64,000 nt of DNA from Fervidicoccaceae archaeon (GCA_038734945.1 JAVYOA010000002.1:186001-250000); one strand, 5' to 3'. Shown: positions 19,568-30,020, counted from the stretch's first letter. Numbers and translations are program-made. Notes: generated by a model from the letters alone, not told the origin.

Positions 19568-20560
19568 TTGAAATATGTGAATATTGGGAAAAGTGGAATA
19601 AAAGCGAGCGTTATAGGCCTTGGGTTCTGGCAACTTGGATCCAAGCTATGGGGGAAGGGAGGGAATAATAAAGAGAGAGCATTGAAAATCATTCAGAGAG
19701 CTGCTGAGCTTGGAATAAACCTATTTGATACTGCTGAAATATATGGCATGGGTGAATCGGAGAGAGTGCTGGGCTATGCGATTCGGAATCTGAGCCTCAA
19801 GGAGAGCGCAATCATCGTTTCTAAAATAGCAGGCTTCAGAGTTGAAAGAAAAGACATTGAAAAGAGCATTAAAATGATTAATTCCAGAATTGGGAGAGAA
19901 GTAGACATAATTCTTCACCATTGGCCTCCAGATAGAGGGAAAATATGCAATGTAGTCCAAGCTCTGGAGCAAATAGTTAAGGAGGGAAAGGCTCACTACT
20001 ACGGTCTCTCCAACTATGGTGATGAGGCTCTGAGATTTGTGCTGAGCTGCACAAAAAGCTTGGAGCCTGTTGCGGATGAGCTTCAGTATAGTCTTGGCTA
20101 CAGAACCATAGAGAGAGGGACAATGGAACTGCTGAAGAAAAACAACATTTCTCTAATAGCCTGGAGTCCTCTCGCCAAAGGAGCGCTTGCTGGAGCAACA
20201 GCTAAAAGCATTGTTCAGAGGGCAGACCCTGTTTTCAACGAGATAAAGAAAGAAGCTGTGTTGAATGAGGTGTTGGAAAACCTCGCTAGAAAGAGGGGTG
20301 TAACCAGAGCTGCTATTTCACTATCATGGATAGTATCAAAAGGAGGGATCCCTATTCCTGGAACCATGAATGAGAGAAGGGTTGAAGAATATGCTGCTGC
20401 AGGAGAGATCGAGCTAAGCGCTGATGAGATAGAAGCTCTAGATAGAGCTTCATCCAAGTTTGTGAACTTATGGGGAAATAATTATCTTCAGCCAAGGCCT
20501 ATTGTGAGTCTTCCCAAGGCTCTTCAAGCTCTCCTAGTAAATCTCATGAGAGGAATTTAG
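19568..20560 (+). CDS. Aldo/keto reductase
   Basis: IGLGFWQ, FDTAEIYG, HWP, GLSN, AWSPLAKG, PIPG; start moved to TTG 19568 because the longer ORF overlaps the tRNA. Confidence 0.93.
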   Translation: MKYVNIGKSGIKASVIGLGFWQLGSKLWGKGGNNKERALKIIQRAAELGINLFDTAEIYGMGESERVLGYAIRNLSLKESAIIVSKIAGFRVERKDIEKSIKMINSRIGREVDIILHHWPPDRGKICNVVQALEQIVKEGKAHYYGLSNYGDEALRFVLSCTKSLEPVADELQYSLGYRTIERGTMELLKKNNISLIAWSPLAKGALAGATAKSIVQRADPVFNEIKKEAVLNEVLENLARKRGVTRAAISLSWIVSKGGIPIPGTMNERRVEEYAAAGEIELSADEIEALDRASSKFVNLWGNNYLQPRPIVSLPKALQALLVNLMRGI

Positions 20561-20564
20561 CTTC

Positions 20565-21458
20565 CTATTTTTCCTCCTTCTCCTTTTCTTCTCTTTCCTC
20601 TAGCTGCCTCTTGAGGTTTCTGAATATTAGGGAGAAGAGCTCAAAAGAGTATTTTTGATCCTGCATTGATCCTTTCTGAGCATAATTCTGTAGCTCCAAT
20701 ATAACGACCTTTTCTTCTTCTCCCTTCTTTTCTTCTTCTCCCCTTCGACTCTCAAGGGATATCTCTTCGAGCAATCCCTCGGAGGGATCAAATATTAATG
20801 TTGGCAGTTCTGCCATTGTTTGCTCCTGACTCTTCGCAATACCACCAAGCGAAATTACAGGCAAATTGTTCTCCACGCTCCTCGACTCCAATAGCTTTTT
20901 CAGTTTCTTGTCAAAGACTGGCTCTACTCTTGGAAAGCCAACAAGAACGGTGGAGCCAAGTATTGTGAGTCCCCTTGCTATTTCAGGAAACAAAATATCT
21001 CCCTCAATCATTATCCCATATTTCTCTTTCAGATCGAAGTACTCTAGCGTTCTTCCCTCCGAAAAGCCAAGCGTCCTGTCGAGAGGACTCAGGACTATTT
21101 TTCTGTATCTCCTCATGAAGGATCCTGCCGGAGAAATAATAAATGAGGTGAGAAAAACTTTTGGTCCGGCCCTCTCGATTATAGGTCCAGCTATAATGAA
21201 TATTCCGTTTGCTACAGCAAGTGTGGAGAGAAAGCTTGCTGTTGGACCAGAGGGTATTCTCTCTGCATGATTCCTTATTATGGATTTTATCTGAGCTGGG
21301 CTGAAGAAGGAGAAAATAGGTCCGACATTTATCATTGATGGTAAAATTATTGCTTTTGCTCCTCTTTGCTTAGCCTCCTGAACAACTTTCTTGGTCTTCT
21401 CAAAGTTAACTTTTTTCGACATAAGCTTTAAGGACATGTGCGCTATTGCTATTCTCAT
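20565..21458 (-). CDS. Carbon-nitrogen hydrolase (nitrilase-fold) protein with degenerate catalytic residues
   Basis: Nitrilase layout with YRK and RSVEN, but ILPS and MIEGDILFPE replace xxPE and ICYD. Confidence 0.82.
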   Translation of the reverse strand: MRIAIAHMSLKLMSKKVNFEKTKKVVQEAKQRGAKAIILPSMINVGPIFSFFSPAQIKSIIRNHAERIPSGPTASFLSTLAVANGIFIIAGPIIERAGPKVFLTSFIISPAGSFMRRYRKIVLSPLDRTLGFSEGRTLEYFDLKEKYGIMIEGDILFPEIARGLTILGSTVLVGFPRVEPVFDKKLKKLLESRSVENNLPVISLGGIAKSQEQTMAELPTLIFDPSEGLLEEISLESRRGEEEKKGEEEKVVILELQNYAQKGSMQDQKYSFELFSLIFRNLKRQLEEREEKEKEEK

Positions 21459-21463
21459 TTTCT

Positions 21464-24400
21464 CTATTCCTCCATACCTTCCACTCGTTTTATTTCTTCA
21501 TATAGCTCAGCAATTACATCCAAATAGTTTATTCTCCCCTCGCTTATTTTGTCCATCTTGTTTTCCAGGGCTCTCGTCCTCTCTTCACTGACCATCTCTT
21601 TAAATTTCTCAATCAAATAATTAAAAATATTTATGCCTAGCTCCGTTGGAATTAGCTTTCCATGCTTTTTGCTCTCGATGACATATCTTCTTTCCTGAAG
21701 CTTTGATATGATAGTAGCATATGTGCTTGGCCTTCCTATTCCCCTTTCCTTCATCATAGCCACAACCTCTCCCTGTGTATATAGAGGTAATAGCTTCTTC
21801 CTGTAGTATTTAATACTGCTTACTTCAAATTCACCCTCAGCAAAAGGAGTCTCCAGCTTTAGTGTCTGATACATTTCGAGGAATCCGTGCTCAATAATTT
21901 TGTTAGTAAGTACTTCCCTCTCCTCTCTGATCTTATTGAATTGTATTTCTACTCTCTGACGAATAACTTCCGCATGCTTCATTTGAGACGCAATGAATCT
22001 TTTGAAGATGAGGTCATAAAGCAGCAAGTGTCTATTCGTTGGTAGCTTCACGAATTCTATTTCTCCCTCCTCAATAAGTCTTACAAGCTCCTCTCTACTG
22101 AATGGCTTTGTAGGTCTAATTGCCTCATGAGCCCCTCCCTCCCCCCATGTTCTTGGAACGAAGCTATCCTTCCATTTTTCCCCCTTTACCCTCTTCAGAT
22201 ATTCTCTCGCTATTTCTATTCCAGAGCTTGATACCCTGGTGCTATCTGTCCTGTGGTAGGTAATGAGCCCTAGCTCGAAGAGATCTTGGGCAAGCTTCAT
22301 AACTTCTGATGATGAAAATCTGAGGATCCTGTTGGCCTCAGAAATTAATGTATCCGTTGTGAATGGGGGAGGGGGGGATAATTTCACCTTTTCCTCATTG
22401 ACGATCCTTACTTGAAGCTTTTCTCCTTCTCCTTTTTCAAGTCTATCCTTGACCAGGAATTCAAAAGTTCTCATTTTCCCGCTTATATTAACGTCAACCG
22501 AGCAAACTAGCGATGTGCTCTTCAGGTAATTGTTGTATCGTTCAACTATCCAGCCTAGAACCGGAGTTTGCACTCTCCCTGCAGACAGATTCCTGTTCTC
22601 TCTGCAATTCGACATCCCTTTTTTCCTGCATAGTTCGATCCAAAAATCTGTTTGAAGCTTACGGGAAAGAGAGAAACCTATCCACCTGTCCTCAATGCGT
22701 CTGACTATTTGTGCCTTCACAAGTTTTTCATCGATAAGCCTCTCATTTTTCAAAGCCTCCAAAATTGCCTTCCTAGTAACCTCATGAAACTCTATTCTCC
22801 TAATCTCCCTGCTCAGTGGCCTCAGAAGGGCTGCAACATCCCAGCCAATTTTCTCTCCTTCTGCATCAGGATCTGTGGCTATAAGTACCTTATCGTATTC
22901 TGTCACAATATCTCTTAGAGCTCTGATTGTTTCATCTTTGTCGAAAATGTTAGTATTGTTGCAAATTGGGCATGATGTTAATTCTTCTACAAACTGATGT
23001 CCACATTTTCTACATTTCTTTATTGTCGAGTAAACTGGAATGAATATTTTTCTGCTATCATCATAGAGAACTCCGTAGAGTTCCTTCTTTAGCTTAGCAT
23101 ATTCAGCAACATCACTTTCAGCCCTGGGGACAAGATCGAGAATGTGTCCTTCGGTTGAGGTTATTGATAAGCTGATATTTCCTATTGAGACCTCGTAGAT
23201 TCTTCCTCCGCTCGGAAGTATTCTTATGCTCGGTTTTCCAAAAAAGGAAGCTATAGTTCTCGCCTTGTTCGGAGATTCAACAATCATTATGGCTGTCTTT
23301 ACAAGCTCTCTTATTCTTGGAGCTTCCCTGCCTTCAAGCGTATCAATGAGCTTCTTTCTATCCCTATCCACCTCCTCAATTGTTCTCTGAAGCTTCTCCT
23401 CTCTTAGCTGGAGAAATTCGAAGTTATCTATATAGAAGGAGAGGATCCTCTGGAGGGAGAGGAGCAGAGGTAATTCGGAAGAGTCAATGAGCGTTATAGC
23501 CAGGCCCTTTGTGAGACCTCCAGCATAGAGCCTGCTAGTCCTTCCAGTTGCCTGAATGTAAGTTTTGGCATCTGGCATGATCAAATAGGTAATATCGCGG
23601 TGCTTCTCAATGAAAATTTCCCCACTTTCCCTCAAAGCCCGCAGGACCCTTTCATCCTTGAAAGCTTCTCTAAGAAAGTCCTTCGCCTGGTTTAGCTGTT
23701 TTCGAATACTTTCAAGCTCTGCACTCAATTTTGAATCCGAGGAGAGCATCTGCAGTGCGGATGGAGAGAGCCTTCTAATTATCTTTCTCAGGGGAACTAG
23801 TATTTTTTTAGCCTTATATGAGATTGCTGGAATTTCTGACTCAGAGATTATAGAGAGCAACCTTAATGCATTGAAGGGGTGCGCCTCTTTTAGATCCAGA
23901 GAAAACTTGAACCTAGGCGGAGAGGTAAATACAGCATACCTTATCACAGCAGGAAGATCGAGTCCTCTGACCATGACTCCATAGTAGGTAGCTACTCCAA
24001 CCAGGACGTCTAGCTCGCCTCTCTGAAATGCGCTGAGAATTCTGTGGGATTTTGAGTGAAAAGATTCAGCCTTTATTCCCTTTTCCCTAAGCCTATTTAC
24101 CAGATCTTCAGCATAGCTCACTCCCATGTCTGAAGGAACAAATATTAGTCCTCCTTTCCCAAGCCTCATCACGAGCTCTGCTACTTTTTCCTCCAAGTTG
24201 GACTTGTCTACTATTTCATAGAAATCATCAACATTCCTGAATAGCTCTGTTCTTCCTCCTATCTGAAAACCGAGGAGTTCCCTGAAGAGCAAAGCCCTGG
24301 ATCCCCTAGCCCTCCCAGTAGCACTGCTCACTATCAGATTGCTCTTTATTCTCTTCTTTGCTCCATCTAGTTTGTTCAAAATTTCATTCAGCCTTTTCTC

Positions 24401-25183
24401 ATCTTCATCATTTCCATGACCAGAAGCGATCTTCCTTTTGAGCTTGATGGCTTCCATCGCAAGCTCTATCTCCTCACTGCTGAATCCCACTACATGGAGA
24501 GTGCTATCAATGCTCTTCTTGCTTCGAAGAACCGAATCCACGTCATCTATGAATATTAAATCGAAATTATAGGATGAAAGGTTCTCGCTTCTCGATATCA
24601 TGAATTTTGATGTTGTTATCAGTATGGAGAAGCTGCCGTTATTTAGCCTTTCCAAAGCAGCCTTTTTCTCCGACTGCTTCAGACTTCCATGGAGGCAAAG
24701 TATCCTATCACTATCAACAGCATTGATTTTGTTGTTAAATGCTGATAGCTTCTCGCACATTTGAATTACAAGTGGTGTTGTGGGAAAAACAAGATAGCTT
24801 TTTTTGCCCTTCATGGCAAAGTAGAGAGCCAAGAGGAGGCCAAATGCTGTTTTTCCTATCCCTGTTGGAGCTATGATTGAAAAGCTCCTTTTCTCGAAAA
24901 CTCTCCTTGCCCATGCTAGCTGGGAGCTCCATGGAGGAAAGCCGAGAGCTCTCTCAAATATTGATTTGAACTCGTCAGTTTCTTTCTCCACCAAGAGCTT
25001 TTCCCTAAGATTTTTTATCGTTCCTGCTTCTTCCAGAGCTTTGAAGAGATCCTCTGGCTTCAGCTCCGAGTAAATGCCTGGAAGGCATTTCTCACAGGCA
25101 AGTCCCTTGTTCAGCCTATCATCAGATATTGGTCCTCCACAGTTTGGACACTGCTTCAGATATATCCCGAGCCCTTTTGGCAT
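21464..25183 (-). CDS. rgy: Reverse gyrase
   Basis: N-terminal Zn finger, APTGIGKT, DDVD, QATGRTSR, ESPNKA, DPDAEGE, SAGRVQTP, ITYHRTDS, GIGRPSTYA. Confidence 0.98.
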   Translation of the reverse strand: MPKGLGIYLKQCPNCGGPISDDRLNKGLACEKCLPGIYSELKPEDLFKALEEAGTIKNLREKLLVEKETDEFKSIFERALGFPPWSSQLAWARRVFEKRSFSIIAPTGIGKTAFGLLLALYFAMKGKKSYLVFPTTPLVIQMCEKLSAFNNKINAVDSDRILCLHGSLKQSEKKAALERLNNGSFSILITTSKFMISRSENLSSYNFDLIFIDDVDSVLRSKKSIDSTLHVVGFSSEEIELAMEAIKLKRKIASGHGNDEDEKRLNEILNKLDGAKKRIKSNLIVSSATGRARGSRALLFRELLGFQIGGRTELFRNVDDFYEIVDKSNLEEKVAELVMRLGKGGLIFVPSDMGVSYAEDLVNRLREKGIKAESFHSKSHRILSAFQRGELDVLVGVATYYGVMVRGLDLPAVIRYAVFTSPPRFKFSLDLKEAHPFNALRLLSIISESEIPAISYKAKKILVPLRKIIRRLSPSALQMLSSDSKLSAELESIRKQLNQAKDFLREAFKDERVLRALRESGEIFIEKHRDITYLIMPDAKTYIQATGRTSRLYAGGLTKGLAITLIDSSELPLLLSLQRILSFYIDNFEFLQLREEKLQRTIEEVDRDRKKLIDTLEGREAPRIRELVKTAIMIVESPNKARTIASFFGKPSIRILPSGGRIYEVSIGNISLSITSTEGHILDLVPRAESDVAEYAKLKKELYGVLYDDSRKIFIPVYSTIKKCRKCGHQFVEELTSCPICNNTNIFDKDETIRALRDIVTEYDKVLIATDPDAEGEKIGWDVAALLRPLSREIRRIEFHEVTRKAILEALKNERLIDEKLVKAQIVRRIEDRWIGFSLSRKLQTDFWIELCRKKGMSNCRENRNLSAGRVQTPVLGWIVERYNNYLKSTSLVCSVDVNISGKMRTFEFLVKDRLEKGEGEKLQVRIVNEEKVKLSPPPPFTTDTLISEANRILRFSSSEVMKLAQDLFELGLITYHRTDSTRVSSSGIEIAREYLKRVKGEKWKDSFVPRTWGEGGAHEAIRPTKPFSREELVRLIEEGEIEFVKLPTNRHLLLYDLIFKRFIASQMKHAEVIRQRVEIQFNKIREEREVLTNKIIEHGFLEMYQTLKLETPFAEGEFEVSSIKYYRKKLLPLYTQGEVVAMMKERGIGRPSTYATIISKLQERRYVIESKKHGKLIPTELGINIFNYLIEKFKEMVSEERTRALENKMDKISEGRINYLDVIAELYEEIKRVEGMEE

Positions 25184-25324
25184 TAAATTTCATTCCTCCA
25201 GCTATTCAGATTAAGACCGGGGATATATTTGACCTTATACTCCTAAATAAACGAGCATTCTTTGAAAAAAGAGTAGATGGAGAAGCTTAAAAAACCCACT
25301 TTCAGATAGAAAATGATGACCGCT

Positions 25325-25384
25325 AGATGATGTGGAATCCGGGAACTGAGCAATGATGTTTTATTTATTCGGTCGCTTCTGATG
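25325..25384 (+). ncRNA. Box C/D guide sRNA (probably tRNA-targeting)
   Basis: C ATGATGT (25327) - GGAATCCGGGAA - D' CTGA (25346) - C' ATGATGT (25353) - ...TTCGGTCGCTT - D CTGA (25379). Confidence 0.82.
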
Positions 25385-25463
25385 CGGTCCTTCTCTTCGA
25401 AGTTTGCGAAGGGATATGGAAGCTTTTTAAAAAACCTGAGGAGGTAATATATAGCAGAGCAAG

Positions 25464-27185
25464 GTGTGCGTTTTGAGAAAAAACAGGCAGCCGAGCAGAA
25501 TAAGAACTGTTTTCAAGGATCCAGTGCACAACATAATTCCAGTGAATGAATATGAGTACACAATACTGCAGCATCCTATACTCAATAGGCTCCATGGAAT
25601 AAAGCAGTTAGGATTCACATTTTATGTGTATCCCCAAGCAAAGCACTCCAGATTCGAGCACTCCATAGGAGTAATGCACATAGCTGGAAGGATAGCAGAT
25701 GCTATTGAAGCGAATTCGCCTGACAAGACAGATGCTCTGCTCAGAAAGAGGAGCACATACCAGGACTTTAAGCAGATTGCTAGACTGGTTGGACTTCTTC
25801 ACGACGTTGGGCATCTCCCATACAGTCATATCACAGAAATGCTGGTATCTGAAGCGGCATCCAGGGGAGAGACCTCAGAGGCCTTTGAGAGGGTGCTGAA
25901 GGAATCGAAGGAGAGAGGATTGAAGCTTCATGAGTATTACTCGTGCTTATTCGCTGAGAAGCTGACCAATGAGATAAAAAAAGAGAAGGATCACGGCAAG
26001 CTTTCGAGATATCTTCTCTCCGCATCACATGTTCTATGCAGATCGAAGTACGGTGATCCCATTCTCTCTCCTGCTGGCATTGAGACCATAGCAAAAATAA
26101 TATCTGGAGATATACTTGATGCTGATAAGATAGATTATTTGGCAAGAGATGCTTACAACACAGGATCAACTTATGGCATAATTGATATAGAGAGAATAAT
26201 AAGTGGTCTGGGGCTAGCGCTATATGACAATGAGCTTGTCCTCTCTGTTCCATCCAAGCTTCTTAGCTCCATCGAGGAGCTCTACTATGCTAGATATATG
26301 ATGTACAAGTGGGTCTACTTCCATCACAAAGTTATTTCACTGGATTTAACATATAGAAGCCTCCTTTCTGAGGTCTCAAAGAGGTGGAGTGCAATAAGGA
26401 AAAAACTGTGCCGACTCTTTCCGAAAATTCCTTCGAATTTCTGGGACCTCTTCCTTCCTGAAAGTATCTGGAAGTCCTCTGTGAAGTATGGGTACAGGAT
26501 AGATGATAGCTTCATAGATCTCATCTTCAAAGTCTCCGCCTCGAGCACCATGCCTCAGCTTTCCACGCTGTCAAGGGGAATACTTGACAGAAGGCTACCA
26601 CTTTTCTCGGTGCTAAAAAGGGAGGAGGATCTCATTTCAGCAATTAACAGCATATCCAAAGAGGAGGGAAGAGATATTGATGCTCTTTCCACTCTGGACT
26701 CTCTCTCCGAGGTCTTCTCTCTTCTTATCAGAGGAGGAGAAAATGCTTGCTCCAAGCTAGCTGAAAGCTTTCTCAGCGAGGATCATGACTGTTGCAGCTC
26801 AGCTATTTTACCAAATGAGAAGCTCTCCTGCATTGCTGAGAAATATATTGAGAAAGAATTGGGACACACCCACTTCAGAACTCGAAGTTTGCGTGTATAT
26901 GTTTCTCCTCCAATCTCACTGCAGGGGGAAATTGGGAAGATAATTCTATCTTCCGATAAGCAGATGATACCAATATTGAGATCCTCTCTCATTCTGAGGG
27001 AGATCATGAGGTTGGGTTCAAGACCTCTCGTTTATGTTTATTCCGAAGAAAAGCTGGATGAGAATGAAAAGAACTCTGTCAGAAAGCTAATAGGAGAATT
27101 TCTAATAAATCTGGAGCGTGGTCTTCGAGAGGGGAAATGGAGGGATGAGGATCCTACTGAGAACTCTGGGGTGCGCACTAAATAG
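25464..27185 (+). CDS. HD-domain phosphohydrolase (COG1078, SAMHD1/dNTPase-like)
   Basis: DPVH, RLHGIKQLG, HSRFEHSIG, LLHDVGHLPYSH, DADKIDYLARD, VYFHHK. Confidence 0.93.
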   Translation: MCVLRKNRQPSRIRTVFKDPVHNIIPVNEYEYTILQHPILNRLHGIKQLGFTFYVYPQAKHSRFEHSIGVMHIAGRIADAIEANSPDKTDALLRKRSTYQDFKQIARLVGLLHDVGHLPYSHITEMLVSEAASRGETSEAFERVLKESKERGLKLHEYYSCLFAEKLTNEIKKEKDHGKLSRYLLSASHVLCRSKYGDPILSPAGIETIAKIISGDILDADKIDYLARDAYNTGSTYGIIDIERIISGLGLALYDNELVLSVPSKLLSSIEELYYARYMMYKWVYFHHKVISLDLTYRSLLSEVSKRWSAIRKKLCRLFPKIPSNFWDLFLPESIWKSSVKYGYRIDDSFIDLIFKVSASSTMPQLSTLSRGILDRRLPLFSVLKREEDLISAINSISKEEGRDIDALSTLDSLSEVFSLLIRGGENACSKLAESFLSEDHDCCSSAILPNEKLSCIAEKYIEKELGHTHFRTRSLRVYVSPPISLQGEIGKIILSSDKQMIPILRSSLILREIMRLGSRPLVYVYSEEKLDENEKNSVRKLIGEFLINLERGLREGKWRDEDPTENSGVRTK

Positions 27186-28437
27186 AGGAGATAGTCTGGT
27201 AATTAGGGATAGCTTGGAGAGGGCTGGCCACTCCTTTGTGGATGATCCGCATCAAGCAGATGTAATAATAGTGAATACATGCGCAGTTAGATCTGACTCT
27301 GAGCAGAAGAGCCTGAAGCTTATCTCGCGACTGACCTCGGAGAATCCAAAAGCTAAGCTCATAGTTACTGGCTGCTTAGCTGAAGTCAGCCCATATTCCA
27401 TTTTGAGGCTTTTTCCTGAAGCTTCTTTGATTTCACCATACCGAGTTGGTGAAGTTGTTCACGTTTTGGACAATGGTCAGAGGCTTCTCCTTGGATACAG
27501 CAGCGAGAAAAGGGAGCTTATGCCGATATCTGTCATGGGAGCAATTGCTATATTGCCAATAAATGATGGCTGCCTGGGAAACTGCAGTTTCTGTGTAACA
27601 AAGAAAGCTAGGAGGATTCTCTCCAGCAAGCCTCCCTCACTTGTGCTGCACTCAATAAGAGATGCTGTCAAGAAAGGTGCCAGAGAGATCCAGCTTGCGA
27701 GCCAGGATGCCGGAGCCTATGGAGTGGATCTCGCGGGGAAAAAGCTGCTTCCAGAGCTAATAGAAGCAGTTGATAGAGAGGTTCCAGGAAAGTACATGAT
27801 AAGAATAGCTATGATGAACCCCGATACTATCCGAGACATAATTTGGGAAGTTGTGGATATGTACAGATCAGAACATGTGTTCAAGTTTGCCCACATACCA
27901 CTTCAAAGTGCTGATGACAGTGTTCTAAAGCTAATGAACAGAAGGTATACACTCCAGGATTTCATGGGTCTTGTGGGCATCTTGAAAAGGGAAATACCCG
28001 GAATAACAATCGCAACGGATATACTGATTGGACATCCTGGTGAGGATGACGCTGCTTTCAAGAAGACGCTGGAAATTGTTAAGAGTGGCCTGCTCGATAG
28101 AGTTCATATAGCTCAGTATACACAGAGGCCGTTCACGTACTCGAGCAGGATGCAGCAGGTCTCTGATGGCGAAAAGAAGAGTAGAAGCAAGCTTCTGGCA
28201 GAGGTGCATTCCAAAGTTGCGCTCGAAAAAATGAAGTCATACATTGGCAGAGAAATTGAAGGATTTATTGTTGAGAGGAGCACGACAAAACAAACGTTGA
28301 CTGTTAGGAGCAAAAACTATACAAGCATAGTTGTGCCAGATACTGGAGAATATGCTTTGGGAGATGAAGTTGTTGTCAGAGTTGAGGAGGCAACGCACTT
28401 TGATCTCAGGGGGGTAATTGAAAGGAAAGTAGAGTAG
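27145..28437 (+). CDS. MiaB-like tRNA methylthiotransferase (t6A37 MtaB/CDKAL1 type), radical SAM with TRAM domain
   Basis: TLGCALN, NTCAV, TGCL, GCLGNCSFC, HIPLQS, TDILIGHPGE. Confidence 0.93.
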   Translation: MRILLRTLGCALNRGDSLVIRDSLERAGHSFVDDPHQADVIIVNTCAVRSDSEQKSLKLISRLTSENPKAKLIVTGCLAEVSPYSILRLFPEASLISPYRVGEVVHVLDNGQRLLLGYSSEKRELMPISVMGAIAILPINDGCLGNCSFCVTKKARRILSSKPPSLVLHSIRDAVKKGAREIQLASQDAGAYGVDLAGKKLLPELIEAVDREVPGKYMIRIAMMNPDTIRDIIWEVVDMYRSEHVFKFAHIPLQSADDSVLKLMNRRYTLQDFMGLVGILKREIPGITIATDILIGHPGEDDAAFKKTLEIVKSGLLDRVHIAQYTQRPFTYSSRMQQVSDGEKKSRSKLLAEVHSKVALEKMKSYIGREIEGFIVERSTTKQTLTVRSKNYTSIVVPDTGEYALGDEVVVRVEEATHFDLRGVIERKVE

Positions 28438-28457
28438 TATGATTGAGGTCTCTTACT

Positions 28458-28943
28458 TCAGCTCTTTGGCTTCAGCTCATCGGCAATTTTCTTGGCCTTC
28501 TTAATGCTTCCAACAGTTTTCAGGGGGAATATGAGCATTTTTGAACTTCGGTCCTTCCCTGCCAAATAGAAAGAGGCTATCAGCTGGTCTACCACTTCTC
28601 TTCTGCTTCTCAATATACCAATTTTTCTCTGCTCATCGTAGAATATGAGCGAAATATGAGAGAAGGATAGAAAAGGCTCCCCATAGAGCTTTGAAACAGC
28701 TTTTCTTATTCTCTCCTGTATTTCTTCCCTTCCTATATTCTCCTGCGATATAACTGAGAAAACTACGTATCTCTTTCGTATTCTTTTCTCCAACTTGAAC
28801 GGATGTACTCTGGTACTAGTACGTTCTATAAATTGAAATCTATTGGTTTTTTTCTTAATTTTTCTAATTTCAAGGAATAGCGCTGCTGATATGACTAGAT
28901 TAACAGCGATAGCAGCAGAAAGAACAAATGTAGATGTATCCAA
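28458..28943 (-). CDS. rnp2: RNase P protein Rpp14/Pop5 with N-terminal hydrophobic helix
   Basis: RKRYVVFSV...GILR...GSIKKAK; next to Rpp30; likely TTG start at 28943 after GGAGGG. Confidence 0.85.
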   Translation of the reverse strand: MDTSTFVLSAAIAVNLVISAALFLEIRKIKKKTNRFQFIERTSTRVHPFKLEKRIRKRYVVFSVISQENIGREEIQERIRKAVSKLYGEPFLSFSHISLIFYDEQRKIGILRSRREVVDQLIASFYLAGKDRSSKMLIFPLKTVGSIKKAKKIADELKPKS

Positions 28944-28945
28944 CT

Positions 28946-29584
28946 CTATTTTCCCTCCTTTCCAAAGTGCTTCGAATATTTGCTGAGAACCCATTCTAGC
29001 TTGCTCCCGTCCATTATTGAGAGAGCCATCTCCCTTGTTAAGCCTGTTTGAACCAACATGCTAAGAACGATCTTTGGGTGGGCCAACTCGCTCAGCTCCC
29101 TTGCCCCGCTATAGATAACCATTCCTATGGAGTATTTTACTGAGTATTTCGTTAAATATGAGAGCCACCAAACGTTTCGTAAGTCATCCTGGATGCTGGA
29201 TAGGCTGAAACCAAGGAGGCTCCTTCCAACCTTCAAAAGCTTTGCTTGATTCGAATCAAGATATTGTGCTAGTTTTGGAGAAATCTCCACGATATGGATC
29301 CTGCTGTCTCTGCTGAAAACTCTCAACGCTCCTGCTCCATTTGCCCGGGCTATATTGAGAGCATCGTTTTTCCTTATATTGTGAAGAATTTCTTTTGCCT
29401 CTGCCTCGGTGGAGGCAGAAACAGCTCTCACGGGAAAAACTGAGATTTCCTCTGAACTTATGTTAGAAGGAAGAGATGAATAGTCCACTCCTACTGCTCT
29501 ATAGCCAAAGAGTTTTTCTGCTTTTAATATATCATTGAGATCCTTCGGGCTCCTGGGGGTCACATATGCATCTAAAAGGAGCAA
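28946..29584 (-). CDS. rnp3: RNase P protein p30
   Basis: Position in rpl15e-DUF54-rnp3-rnp2 operon; SGARELSELAHP motif. Confidence 0.8.
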   Translation of the reverse strand: MLLLDAYVTPRSPKDLNDILKAEKLFGYRAVGVDYSSLPSNISSEEISVFPVRAVSASTEAEAKEILHNIRKNDALNIARANGAGALRVFSRDSRIHIVEISPKLAQYLDSNQAKLLKVGRSLLGFSLSSIQDDLRNVWWLSYLTKYSVKYSIGMVIYSGARELSELAHPKIVLSMLVQTGLTREMALSIMDGSKLEWVLSKYSKHFGKEGK

Positions 29585-29588
29585 GATA

Positions 29589-30020
29589 TTATCTCCCTTT
29601 CAGCTTTTCATTGAGGAATTCATCGATCGATTGAACTGATGAGAATCTTATTACTACCTTAACAACCTCATCGCTGTCGCTAATGACAAGCTTGTTTTTG
29701 AGCAGCATATGCTTGCTGAATCTTAGATGCAGCCTCTTTTCATCTTCTATTCTGCTGGATTTAGTAAGAAGGAGAATGTTTTTTGAATAGTCATCAATCG
29801 ATTCAAAAATATACTCAGCAACATGTTCGGGATCAGCTAGAGATTGAATTCTCATGAGGGTTATTTCATTTCCATGGTGTCCCCTTGATCTGATTTTCTG
29901 GATCTCGGCTCTTTCTCTCTCTAGAGGGGGGAGAAGAGCTAACATACATCTCTCCACTTTTGCCTCGTCTTCGGTCATGTGCTTAATTGCTGAAATTTCT
30001 ATTGACAATACTCTCTTCAT
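29589..30020 (-). CDS. RNA-binding domain protein (COG1325, exosome-operon associated)
   Basis: HMTEDEAKV, GHHGNEI, LHLRFSK. Confidence 0.88.
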   Translation of the reverse strand: MKRVLSIEISAIKHMTEDEAKVERCMLALLPPLERERAEIQKIRSRGHHGNEITLMRIQSLADPEHVAEYIFESIDDYSKNILLLTKSSRIEDEKRLHLRFSKHMLLKNKLVISDSDEVVKVVIRFSSVQSIDEFLNEKLKGR

